Shown one piece after another: positions 18,901 through 30,439 of a stretch of DNA of 64,000 bases. Both the position numbers and the translations under genes were made by a program. Under the pieces are notes generated by a model. It did not search any database. It saw only the letters and a list, made by a program, of their open reading frames with translations, and was not told the origin of the DNA. Source of the DNA: Candidatus Latescibacterota bacterium. GTDB taxonomy: Bacteria > Latescibacterota > UBA2968. The stretch lies in NCBI GenBank assembly GCA_965198115.1, contig OZ240241.1, positions 4,864,001 through 4,928,000 of the forward strand. Direction: 5' to 3'. The first letter of the stretch is position 1; each line of letters starts with the position of its first letter.

Positions 18901-19886
18901 CAGGGGGCGATCAAGGCGTCGGGGATGTCGAGTTGCTGCTCGCGGTAATAGCGCAGGGCGCCCGGATGCAGGGGGACGGCAAGTCCATCGACTGCGCGGG
19001 TGAGTGAGATCCCGACCGTGGCCTTGTGGATGTTTTGCAGGTAGGACAGGTTTTCGTAGAGTGTGCGCGTCAGTTGATACACGATCTCGTCTGGTAGGTC
19101 GGCACGACAGGCGAGGAAATTGGGCTGCGCCATCGTCCTGACATCATCCGTCTGCCCCGGGTAGGTGCTTGCCTTCAGAATATGACGCGTGTAAACAGGA
19201 TAGACGTCACGAATTCGCGCGAGCTGACTGTCCGTAACGTCGAGTATGACGACGCCATCGGCTCCCTTTTGGGCGAAGACTTGCGTCACTGCGGCCACGG
19301 GGGGGCCTGCCGCGAGCGAGGCACCCGCAATCCGGCCATCCATCATTGCCTGGGCGGACGGGCTGTAACCCAGGTGTTCGGGTGTGAAATGCGTGCCGGG
19401 CAGGATCCCTAGAGCGCCGAAGATGACGCGGGTGGACCCTTCGGTTCCGCTACCCCGCTTTCCGGTGGAAAAGGCAGATCGCAGTGACTTGAGGTCTTCG
19501 AGCGTGCCAGTCCTGGCGTAGTCCTGTGCGATGACGAAGTGCTCGACGTTCTGCCAGAGGGTGGTGATGGAACGGAGGTTACGGTGCGCCGTGTCGAAGT
19601 TTCCCGTGCCACTGTAGGCCATCGCCCCGTAGAGGCCCTGCAGGATGGCGAGTTGAGCCTCGTCGTTGACGAGCATCTGAACGTTCTCGCCCGAACCCGC
19701 CGAGTTGATGGCCGAGGCGGAGACCTCGCCCTGCAGCTTTTCGGTCAGGAGGGTGCCGATCGCGACGCCGACCGGGTAGTAGGTTCCCCCGGGGGTGGCT
19801 GTCGCAATGATGAGGGATCTAGAGCCGGAGCCGTCACCGCAAGCGGTCAGGAGGGCGCTCAAGACCAGCGCGTGGAACGCTTTCAT
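18900..19886 (-). CDS. TAXI family TRAP solute-binding lipoprotein
   Basis: Lipobox LLTAC; ATATPGGTYY, SAGSGEN, GSGTE, PLHPGA. Confidence 0.92.
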   Translation of the reverse strand: MKAFHALVLSALLTACGDGSGSRSLIIATATPGGTYYPVGVAIGTLLTEKLQGEVSASAINSAGSGENVQMLVNDEAQLAILQGLYGAMAYSGTGNFDTAHRNLRSITTLWQNVEHFVIAQDYARTGTLEDLKSLRSAFSTGKRGSGTEGSTRVIFGALGILPGTHFTPEHLGYSPSAQAMMDGRIAGASLAAGPPVAAVTQVFAQKGADGVVILDVTDSQLARIRDVYPVYTRHILKASTYPGQTDDVRTMAQPNFLACRADLPDEIVYQLTRTLYENLSYLQNIHKATVGISLTRAVDGLAVPLHPGALRYYREQQLDIPDALIAP

Positions 19887-20189
19887 CTTGTCCTTTCAGT
19901 CGCACGTTGAGATCCGGGCGTGACGCCCGGACGCTGCTGGCACGTCGTTGAGACGTCGAGATGGAGACCGGGGACCATAGGAAACGAATTGCCTCTACGA
20001 CGTCAAGTTGATTGCATCTGTCGAGCGGCGTCGGTGGGCATTTCCTCAGGTTTCCGAATCCTCGAACGGGCCCAGGGAAGCAGCGTCATCGCCACCGGGT
20101 GTGCCCGCCGCGTTGACACGGCCAGTAGCGGGATCTATACTTCTGTAACCTTCGGAATTTTCAGGTAGTTGTGCTTTCTCCCGGATCTT

Positions 20190-21143
20190 ATGCGTCATCT
20201 TCTGATCATCACGGTACTCGCCGCTCTGCTCGGATCTTCCTGCGCTCGACGCGAGGCGTATCGAGCGATCCACCTGGCGCACGAGTACGAAGAAAATGGT
20301 TATCCGGATCGCGCTCTGCGGGCCTACGAATCCGCTCTCCTTGCGTCGCCGGAGGATGCCTATGTGCTGCAGACGGTCGGCAACGCCTTCTTCCGACGAC
20401 GTGAATTCGACCGGGCGACCGAGCTTTACGTTCGGGCGCTCGAGGTGGAGCCCGCCTACCTGGATGCGTTCGAGGGGTTGATTTTTACGGCTCGTGCTCA
20501 GGAACAGCACGACTCGGCACTCGGGTGGTTGGAGCGTGCGGCCAAAATCGTCCCCGACCACGGTCCTCTGTCCGAGCAACTCATCGATGTCTACGTTGCC
20601 CAGGATCGTCTGGACGAAGCGCTGGCTCTGCTCGAGCGGCTCGTAGAGACTCACGATGACGAGGCCTGGATTCACTTCCGACTGGGCCATCTGCGGGTTC
20701 AGCTTCGTGACTACGACGGAGCGGTCGCCGCTTTCGAGCGTGCCACCCAACTGGATCCCCAAAACCCGAATGGGTGGTCTTCTCTTGGAACGGCTCACTA
20801 TGAGGGGAAGGACAACGCCGCGGCGATCGAGGCTTACGCGAAGGCGCTGGAGATCGATCCTCGCGACGACAGCAGTCTGAACAATCTGGCGTGGGTCTAT
20901 GCTACGATGGGTCGAAATCTGGACAAGGCGATCCGGCTTTCGCGCCGTTCACTCCAGATCCGTCCCGATACGCCGCAGTATATCGACACGCTGGCCGATC
21001 TTTATTATCAGAAGGGTGACCGGGACAGGGCTCTGGAGCTGATCCGGTATGCCATCGGGCTCGGGCCCGAGTCGACGGAACTGATGGAACACCTGGCGCG
21101 GCAGCTGGCCCGCTTCGAGCGGGGACCTTTGGGCAAAGTCTGA
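20190..21143 (+). CDS. Tetratricopeptide repeat lipoprotein
   Basis: Lipobox-like LLGSSC; multiple TPR units; terminal LNNLAW..YIDTLA motif. Confidence 0.8.
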   Translation: MRHLLIITVLAALLGSSCARREAYRAIHLAHEYEENGYPDRALRAYESALLASPEDAYVLQTVGNAFFRRREFDRATELYVRALEVEPAYLDAFEGLIFTARAQEQHDSALGWLERAAKIVPDHGPLSEQLIDVYVAQDRLDEALALLERLVETHDDEAWIHFRLGHLRVQLRDYDGAVAAFERATQLDPQNPNGWSSLGTAHYEGKDNAAAIEAYAKALEIDPRDDSSLNNLAWVYATMGRNLDKAIRLSRRSLQIRPDTPQYIDTLADLYYQKGDRDRALELIRYAIGLGPESTELMEHLARQLARFERGPLGKV

Positions 21144-21421
21144 GAAGACACCGGCGTTTTTGTTCCGAACGTCGGGTCGGGGATTCGAGCGTATGGCGGA
21201 AGAGGAAGAAGCAGAAGAACAGCAGGAAATCGCGCAGCCACCGGCTTCGGGGCCGTATCGGTATCTGCTGTTGATCATCATCATTATGATTCTGGAGACG
21301 GCGGGTGCCTTCCTGCTCTTGGATTGGGCCGTGCCCGCTCCCGAAATGGTGGAGGAAGAGGCACCGATCGAAGTCCTGACCGAGGAGAAGTTCGTCCCGC
21401 CGATTTTCTACGAACAGCTAG

Positions 21422-22991
21422 CCTGAATTATGCATAAAAAAGGTAGTCTCCTTGTACAAGTGTTTGTTTTTCCCTACATTAGGGCTGACACATCAAAACA
21501 ACACTTGGAAGGAACTACCGTGATAGAACCTAGTCAGATCCGGTTACCATTCGCAAGCATTTCGGGCAAGGTAGTTGAGGCTGATTTTGCCGGTGGCGCC
21601 GTCAGGAGTGACGGTGGAGTTCTGTTGCTTCGCGCCCTTGAGTCTCAGATGGGATTGATCGCCAGAATGGTAGATGCTTTGCGAGATCGTCGTCACCCAA
21701 GCTATATCGATCACACGCTTTTGGATCTTGTGAAGCAGCGTGTTTTTCAGATCGCTTGCGGCTATGAAGATGCCGTCGATTGTGATGATTTGCGCCACGA
21801 TCCGGGCGTCAAGGCTGCCTGCGATCGGCTTCCTCTTTCCGGTCCTGATCTCGGGAGCCAATCAACGATGACACGACTTGAGAATGATGTGCGACGCTCG
21901 GATTTGTATCGGCTCGCACGGGCTTTTGTAGACGGGTTCATCGCATCGTATGACCAGGCACCCCCAAGCATCATTCTCGATATCGACGACACGGATGACC
22001 CAACGCACGGTGCGCAACAATTTTCACTCTTCAACGCGTATTACAATGAACACTGCTATATGCCGCTACATATCTATGAAGGCCAAAGCGGCAAGCTCAT
22101 TACGACGATCTTGAGACCCGGGCATCCGACGAACGGTAAACAGGTCGTTTCTATTCTCAAGCGCTTGGTGGAACACCTACGCGGATCTTGGCCAAACGTG
22201 GAGATCATCGTTCGCGCAGACTCAAAGTTCAGCTCACCAGAGATGCACGATTTCTGCGAAGACAACGGTATCTACTACGTTCTGGGCCAGGGCGCCAACT
22301 CCAAGCTCAAAGCGGCTGGACAAAACCTGATGGACCAAGCGCTACGTCTGAGCGAGCATAAGGAGACGATTCGCTTGTTCTCATCCTTCTCATATCAGGC
22401 TGGCACCTACCGGCAGCCTCGCCGGATCATTCACAAGGCTGAAGTCACAAACGGCGAAGCAAATCCAAGATACCGCGTGACCAATTTACAGAGTAATCGA
22501 GACGGCTTTATCTATGATCGTATCCGATCGAACATCGTGCCACAAGTTTGAAGCCAACCAGTTCCGACTCTTTCTACACAGTGCTGCATACGCCTTGCTT
22601 CACGCACTCCGATCACAGGGACTCAAGGGCACCGCGTGGACCAAACCTCAGGTCAACACGATACAGAACCGTTTCCTCAAAATCGGCGCGAGAGTCATTG
22701 AAAGCGCACGAAGAATCCGATTCCATTTTCCAACATCGTATCCACTCAAAAACGTCTTGGTGTCAATCATCACCAGGCTCGAAACGAACACGCAGTAACA
22801 ACGCCGATCTATACCGGGGACAGCTATGTACACGTCGCAAAACAACACCTGTTCCGGACGAAAATCGTGACTCTTGCGACTCGTAGAGACCGCTTACGGG
22901 ACCTTGGACATCCGAAGAAGCCGAGAACAAATCCTGTGCGTGATCACATCACTCCAAAACAACCTAAACTCAAATTCATGCATGATTCAGG
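21422..22991 (+). mobile_element. IS1380-family insertion sequence
   Basis: IRs CCTGAATTATGCAT / ATGCATGATTCAGG; 4-bp TSD CTAG at 21418-21421 and 22992-22995; lower GC than flanks. Confidence 0.9.
21520..22798 (+). pseudogene. IS1380 transposase with internal deletion/frameshift near 22525
   Basis: SDGGVLLL, GYED..DLRHDP, LDIDDT, VRADS. The C-terminal SDRTSCH..ANQFRL is in a different frame, and the intervening RGxxEN segment is absent. Confidence 0.8.
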
Positions 22992-23264
22992 CTAGCGGAG
23001 ATGACTACCCCTCGACTCGAGGGGTAGTCATCTCGTTTCGACGACCGTGGTACTGGAAGTCGATCGGCAACCAGGCATCGACGAGCTGATCCTCAAACAC
23101 ACGCTGATCTGGGATCTGTGTCTTCGGACGCTCGAGGGCTTCTCGATCGACGAAATGCGTGACGCCGAGAGATTGCCGGTCAAAGAGAAGCTGATAGAGG
23201 CGATCAACGGAGAACTGAGGAACGGGATTATCACGGGCGTCTACTTTACCGAATTCATTATGCA

Positions 23265-23807
23265 ATGAGTGCGATGTCTGACCGGATGGAAAAGCCGATT
23301 TTGCCGGATCCCGAGTGGGGTTCCACCTTCGAGCCCGGAGTCGATAAGGAGAACGAACTTTTCGACATTCTGGCCAGGATGCCGATTTTCGATACGCTGA
23401 ATGCTGCGGAGATACGCGAAGTCGAGCGAATCGTCCATCGTCGGAACTTCGTCAAGGGAGAGATGGTCATCCGAGCGTGGATTCCCCGGTCCGGTCTGTT
23501 CGTCGTGCTCTCTGGCAGTGTCGACGTGGTGCACCAGTCGGGTAGCGAAATGATGGTCATCGGCACGCTGGAAGCCGGTGAGCTGCTCGGAGAATTCGCG
23601 GTTCTCGACGATTCTCCACGTTCTACTCACATCGTCGCTGCCGAAGCGAGTGAGTTGATCGGTTTCTTCCGCCCGGATCTGATGGACCTGATGGAGACCA
23701 ACCCGACCTGCGGATTCAAGATCCTCTACCGAATGTCTCAGATTATGTCCTCCCGGCTCGTTCGAGTCGTCGACGATCTACGACGATTGCGGGCCACCCT
23801 GTCCTGA
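23265..23807 (+). CDS. Cyclic nucleotide-binding domain protein (no HTH)
   Basis: MPIFDTL, LFVVLSGSV, GELLGEFAVLDDSPRST. Start overlaps the fliL stop. Confidence 0.85.
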   Translation: MSAMSDRMEKPILPDPEWGSTFEPGVDKENELFDILARMPIFDTLNAAEIREVERIVHRRNFVKGEMVIRAWIPRSGLFVVLSGSVDVVHQSGSEMMVIGTLEAGELLGEFAVLDDSPRSTHIVAAEASELIGFFRPDLMDLMETNPTCGFKILYRMSQIMSSRLVRVVDDLRRLRATLS

Positions 23808-23868
23808 CCGATCACACTGCGCTGGTTTGCCCGGGTTCAGGCCGGCCCGTATATTTGGCGGTCTGTGA

Positions 23869-26033
<2,165 letters not shown>

Positions 26034-26110
26034 GCCCTCGGCCGTGATGTCCGAGGGTTTCTCAGATCAGCCGGCGTAGCGCTTCGGCAGATGCGGTGCG
26101 AGACGAATCG

Positions 26111-26427
26111 ATGAGAACCTTACCCTCTCCGATAACCCAGGATGGTGATGTCATTGCCGAACCCGTCGTGAACGACCGGGGAATGGTCATCCTGCCGAAG
26201 GGTGCGGCTCTTTCGTCCAAGGTGATCGATCGCCTGAGGAACATGAACGTCACCGAGGTCGTCGTGGAAGGGGACGATCCTGACGCACCTCCTCCGAAGA
26301 CATACGAAGAGCTGATCGAGGAACTGGAAGATCGGTCAGCGGTCACGAGGAGAACGCGACGATGATGGCGATCAAGGAAAAGGCGCGGGAACATCTCGAC
26401 GCACGTTTTGCGGATGGGGAATCGTAG
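26111..26427 (+). CDS. Small protein resembling the N-terminal domain of HD-GYP/HDOD-associated proteins; apparent 1-nt frameshift near 26337
   Basis: GDVIAEPV.NDRGMVILPKGAALS..IDRL..MNV.EVVVE. Restoring one T (CGG TTC AGC) gives ..RFSGHEENATMMAIK.. ending at TAG 26427, overlapping the HDOD start. Confidence 0.6.
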
Positions 26428-27245
26428 TGGAAGCAGGCGAACTCAGACGACTCGTTGAAAAGATCCAGTCTTTGCCGACGCTGCCGGGTATCGTGGTGCG
26501 TATCACCAAGATGCTCGACAACCCGGAAACGACGGCCAACGAGGTGGGGAGGCAGATCGAAAACGACCAGGTGCTGTCGGCGAAGGTGCTGAAACTCGTG
26601 AATTCAGGCTTCTACGGCTTCTCGCAACCGATCGGCACGATTCCCCACGCGATGGTGTTGCTGGGCTTCGGCGTGGTGAAAACGCTGGTCCTGTCGACTT
26701 CGGTGCTGGATATGATGTCAAGATCGATGGCAGGGCTGTGGCAACATTCGCTCGCTTGCGCCAGGACGTGTGGGATCATCGCCAGGTTCATCGATATGGA
26801 CGATCCGGAAGAAGTCAGCGTGACCGGTCTGCTTCACGATCTGGGTAAAGTGGTCATCGAGGAGCACCTGCCAGAGGAGTTCGAGCAGGTGGTCGAGAAG
26901 ATCGAGGGGGAAGACGCGCTTTTTTACGAGGCGGAGGAGGCGGTGTTGGGCGTCAGTCACGCGAGCATCGGCGCCTGGCTGCTCGACAAATGGATGCTCC
27001 CGAGCCAGCTGGTCAATCCCATTATGTTCCATCACAACTTTCATCCCTCCCGCGCTCACGCCGATCGCACGGCGGTCGTCCACATCGCCGACATACTCGT
27101 GCGCGCCGAGGGGTTCGCGTCGGGGGGCGACAACGGCATCCCCACGATGTCGAGGGAGGCGATGGAAACGCTTCAGCTCGGGATCGAAGATTTGGGCGAG
27201 ATTACAGATATGATGCAGGACGAGATGAAGGACGTGATGCGTTGA
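26427..27245 (+). CDS. HDOD domain protein
   Basis: LPTLP, DQVLSAKVLKLVNSGFYG, LWQHS, GLLHDLGK, SHASIGAWLLDKWMLP, FHH. Confidence 0.92.
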   Translation: MEAGELRRLVEKIQSLPTLPGIVVRITKMLDNPETTANEVGRQIENDQVLSAKVLKLVNSGFYGFSQPIGTIPHAMVLLGFGVVKTLVLSTSVLDMMSRSMAGLWQHSLACARTCGIIARFIDMDDPEEVSVTGLLHDLGKVVIEEHLPEEFEQVVEKIEGEDALFYEAEEAVLGVSHASIGAWLLDKWMLPSQLVNPIMFHHNFHPSRAHADRTAVVHIADILVRAEGFASGGDNGIPTMSREAMETLQLGIEDLGEITDMMQDEMKDVMR

Positions 27246-27286
27246 TACGATATCAGATTGCCGATATCCGATTTATGAAATCCGAA

Positions 27287-28660
27287 GAGCTATAATCAAA
27301 AGGTGTGGAAAAAGAGAAAGGGCGACCCTACCCTTCCCGTGAGATAGTTGATTCACACAAAACCGGGTGAGAGGCCCGGTTGGGAAGGAGGATCGCCGTG
27401 AAGGAACATACGCATAGAGTCCCATTGAAGTCCATGCCGACGTGGGAGACGGTTGACGATTGGATCCGTGAAGAGATCCAGGGCCGGTTCCAGTCCATTC
27501 TGGAGGAGGAGGCGACCGCGTTCTTGGGCCGGTCGTGGTATGAGCGCCGAGCCGAGGTCGATAGCTCCAGGGGCTACAGGAACGGCTACGGCAAGCCCCG
27601 GCGTCTCTCGACGAGCTGCGGAACGATCAAGGTCCGGCGTCCCCGGGTTCGTGGTCTGGAAGAGCGGTTTGAAAGCCGCATCCTCCCCCTGTTCGCCCGG
27701 AGAACCAGGGCCATTGGAGATCTGCTTCCCGACCTTTATCTCCACGGTCTCTCCCAGGGCGACTTCGAGTTGTCTTTGCGTGCGCTGCTCGGTGATGGCG
27801 CGCCGCTTTCGCCGACCTCGATCGCTCGTCTTCGAGGGAAGTGGGAGGTCGACTTCCAGGACTGGAAAGAAAGGCGTCTGGATAATCGCGAACTGGTCTA
27901 CGCCTGGGCTGATGGCATCTACGTCAAAGCCGGGCTCGAGCGCGAGAAGGCGTGTCTGCTGGTCGTGATCGGCGCGATGAGCGACGGCAGCAAGGAGATC
28001 CTGGCGATAGAACCCGGTTATCGAGAGTCTACAGAATCCTGGCTCACGGTGCTCCGGGATCTCCGGGATCGCGGGCTCGAACATCCTGTCCTGATCGCCG
28101 CGGACGGGAATATGGGCATCTGGGCGGCCGTTGATCAGGTCTGGCCAGAGAGCCGGCAACAACGGTGCTGGAACCACAAGATCCTCAACGTGCTCGACAA
28201 GGTCGCCAAGCGTGCACAGGCTGAAGCCCGCGCACTGCTCGTCCAGATCCCCTATGCCGGCACGAAAAAGGAGGCCGAGAAGCTCCGGAAACGCTTTGCC
28301 GCACGGTATCGCTCACAGTTCCCTGCCGCCGTGGAGACGCTCGAAAGAGACTGGGATCGGATGGTCACGTTCTACGACTTCCCGAAGGAACACTGGAAAC
28401 ACCTGAGAACCACGAACGTCGTCGAGAGCCCCTTTGCTTCCGTTCGGCTTCGCACAAACGCCGCCAGGCGATTCAAGAAAGTCAGGAACGCCACGACTCT
28501 CATCTGGCGTACGCTCAAGGTCGCAGAGAGCCGATTCAGGAAACTCACCGCGCCACACTTGCTACAACAAGTCTACGATCAGAAACACTCAACCGGACCG
28601 CAGGTCGAAGCCGGGAAGATGGCCGCCTGATTTCTTTTACACACCTATTGACCTGAGCTC
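27287..28660 (+). mobile_element. IS256-family insertion sequence
   Basis: Imperfect IRs GAGCTATAATCAAAAGGTGTGGAAAAGA / TCTTTTACACACCTATTGACCTGAGCTC; 8-bp TSD AATCCGAA at 27279-27286 and 28661-28668. Confidence 0.92.
27398..28630 (+). CDS. IS256 (mutator-type) transposase, apparently intact
   Basis: YRNGY, WADGIY, ESTESW, ADG, QRCWNHK, LRTTNVVES. Confidence 0.92.
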   Translation: MKEHTHRVPLKSMPTWETVDDWIREEIQGRFQSILEEEATAFLGRSWYERRAEVDSSRGYRNGYGKPRRLSTSCGTIKVRRPRVRGLEERFESRILPLFARRTRAIGDLLPDLYLHGLSQGDFELSLRALLGDGAPLSPTSIARLRGKWEVDFQDWKERRLDNRELVYAWADGIYVKAGLEREKACLLVVIGAMSDGSKEILAIEPGYRESTESWLTVLRDLRDRGLEHPVLIAADGNMGIWAAVDQVWPESRQQRCWNHKILNVLDKVAKRAQAEARALLVQIPYAGTKKEAEKLRKRFAARYRSQFPAAVETLERDWDRMVTFYDFPKEHWKHLRTTNVVESPFASVRLRTNAARRFKKVRNATTLIWRTLKVAESRFRKLTAPHLLQQVYDQKHSTGPQVEAGKMAA

Positions 28661-28752
28661 AATCCGAAAGTGGCATCGGTATCTTACGCAGTCCCTTATC
28701 ACCTTTCTGATATCGGAGATCATCAATCGGATCTCTGATATCGTCCTATTTT

Positions 28753-29781
28753 ATGGATCTGACCCAGCTACCCACTGCGTTTCTCGTTTTCGACGACGCG
28801 CTGAAGCCCCTTTCCGGCAGCCGGAAGGGGTTTTCGGTTTTCGGCATCCGTCTTCGAAGAAACGACGACGTTGCCGATCGTCTTTCGGGTCTGTCGGAGG
28901 CGCTCGAGCAGGCCGGATTTCTGGATCTCCTGAGAGCCGCCGCGAGTGACCTGCATCGCGCCGGCGCCGAGACCGACTTCCAATGGGAACGGGAAGATCG
29001 GATCTACTCGGTTCGAGCCTCGCGGTTGGCCGACGGCGCCGGTATCGGTGTCGTGATGGAGGACGTGACGCGCCAGGTGCGCTTCGAAGAGACACGAGAG
29101 ACAGCGCGTCGTTTTTTGGAAGACATTCTCAACAACGTTCAGCTGGGTGTGATCGTCCTGAACGACGAGATGCGGATCACAACGATGAACCGCGCCCAGG
29201 AGCGATTCCTCCACCGCCTAGGCGTGTTCATCTGCTGGGTGGAATCGATCGGTACGCCCGTGTCGGAACTGCTGACGGATGAAGCACACGCGTGGGACGA
29301 AATCACGGCGAGGGTGGTGGAGAAGGGTGAAATGGTCGAGCATCCCCACACGCGTTTTCAGACGGATGAGGGTGAGCTCGTCCTTTCGATCGCGATTACT
29401 CCACTACGGGACGTGGTGGGGAAGGTGGTCGGGGCGATCCAGGTTTCGGAGGATGTGACAGAACGAGTGCGGCTGGAGGAGGAGTTGCACGCGACGGAGG
29501 TGGTTGCCGGGCGGCTCGAGGCGGTCCGGGAGACGGCCATCACGGTGAACCACGAAATCAACAATCCGTTGACGACGATTCTGGCGATCGCGCAGGTTCT
29601 GCTGATGGCGCCCGGCAAGTTGGACGACAGGACGCGGGAGCGACTCCAGACCGTCGAGCGTGAAGTCAAACGGATTGCGGAAGTAACCCAGCGGCTGCAA
29701 TCGATGGATGAGCTGAAGCGGGATGATTACATACCCGAGGGGCCCAAAATAATTGACATTCGAGAAGGCCCTCGGGATTAG
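28753..29781 (+). CDS. PAS-domain protein with HisKA phosphoacceptor but no HATPase domain
   Basis: PAS/PAC (GVIVLN..MNRAQE..ITPLRD..EDVTER) and H-box TVNHEINNPL; ORF ends about 70 aa later. Confidence 0.8.
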   Translation: MDLTQLPTAFLVFDDALKPLSGSRKGFSVFGIRLRRNDDVADRLSGLSEALEQAGFLDLLRAAASDLHRAGAETDFQWEREDRIYSVRASRLADGAGIGVVMEDVTRQVRFEETRETARRFLEDILNNVQLGVIVLNDEMRITTMNRAQERFLHRLGVFICWVESIGTPVSELLTDEAHAWDEITARVVEKGEMVEHPHTRFQTDEGELVLSIAITPLRDVVGKVVGAIQVSEDVTERVRLEEELHATEVVAGRLEAVRETAITVNHEINNPLTTILAIAQVLLMAPGKLDDRTRERLQTVEREVKRIAEVTQRLQSMDELKRDDYIPEGPKIIDIREGPRD

Positions 29782-29900
29782 GAAATCACGACATTAGGAA
29801 ATTTAGCAATTGGGTTGGGCGGGCCGGTTGTCGTTCATAGCATATGTCACGAGGCGACCATAAACTGTATTAATACAATAGTTTACGTTAAATACGTGAG

Positions 29901-29922
29901 AAAGTGGCCCCGGGGCCACTTT
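29901..29922. terminator. Perfect 22-bp palindrome between convergent genes (terminator or binding site)
   Basis: AAAGTGGCCCC/GGGGCCACTTT. Confidence 0.45.
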
Positions 29923-29961
29923 TAGGAGATTACGCCACGATCATCGATTGCAGGGACCGGA

Positions 29962-30270
29962 CTATTTCAACATTTCGACGACGATGTTCCGCCAGGGCTC
30001 GTCACCGATGTTGATGGCTTCGTGGATCGCGTCCTGACCCTCGAGGCTGCGCCAATGGACCTCGCCGTCTCCCATTTCCCGCGGATCCCCCTTCTTCCCG
30101 TCCTCATCGGCGCCCTGCAGCAAGCCACCGCCGATCGTCACGAAGAAGTAGTCGCTCGCGTGTCGATGCACGCCCGTCGACTCGCCCGGCGCGAGCGCCA
30201 GGTCCCAAACGCGAACACGGTCGTTCTCGAAGAGCAGCTTCGTTCCCACCTGCTGTGAGATTTTTGACAT
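29962..30270 (-). CDS. Cupin domain protein
   Basis: VGTKLLFENDRVRVW, HRH..DY, HEAINIG; GGAGGAGG SD before ATG 30270. Confidence 0.85.
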   Translation of the reverse strand: MSKISQQVGTKLLFENDRVRVWDLALAPGESTGVHRHASDYFFVTIGGGLLQGADEDGKKGDPREMGDGEVHWRSLEGQDAIHEAINIGDEPWRNIVVEMLK

Positions 30271-30296
30271 TGCCTCCTCCTCCTGAAAAACATTGA

Positions 30297-30435
30297 CCAC
30301 AGAGAACGCGGAGGACACGGAGGGGATGAACGAGGACACGGTGCGGGTCCTGGAGCTAGGCGGAACCCGGGGATTCGACTCGCTCCTCTTCATCTTCTAC
30401 GCGTTTCTCTCCGTGATCTCCGTGCCCTCCGTGGT
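30297..30435. repeat. Inverted 9-mer repeat element (CACGGAG family)
   Basis: ACCACAGAG AACGCGGAG GACACGGAG ... CTCCGTGAT CTCCGTGCC CTCCGTGGT. Confidence 0.75.
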
Positions 30436-30439
30436 AGGC

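Larger units (their letters stand above)
21193..23268 (+). pseudogene. FliL-like single-pass membrane protein interrupted by IS1380 (N-part 21193-21421, C-part about 22996-23268)
   Basis: Acidic N-terminus plus TM helix; C-part PLDSRGSHLVSTTVVLEV..IEAINGEL..ITGVYFTEFIMQ matches the FliL C-terminal signature. CTAG is duplicated at both junctions. Confidence 0.75.

Noticed and set aside
30270-30393. N-terminal extension of the cupin ORF (similarly the amidase extension 38787-38853 and argD extension 54254-54436)
   Set aside because: These extensions translate intergenic repeat arrays; downstream starts that match the family N-termini, mostly with SD-like sequences, fit better.
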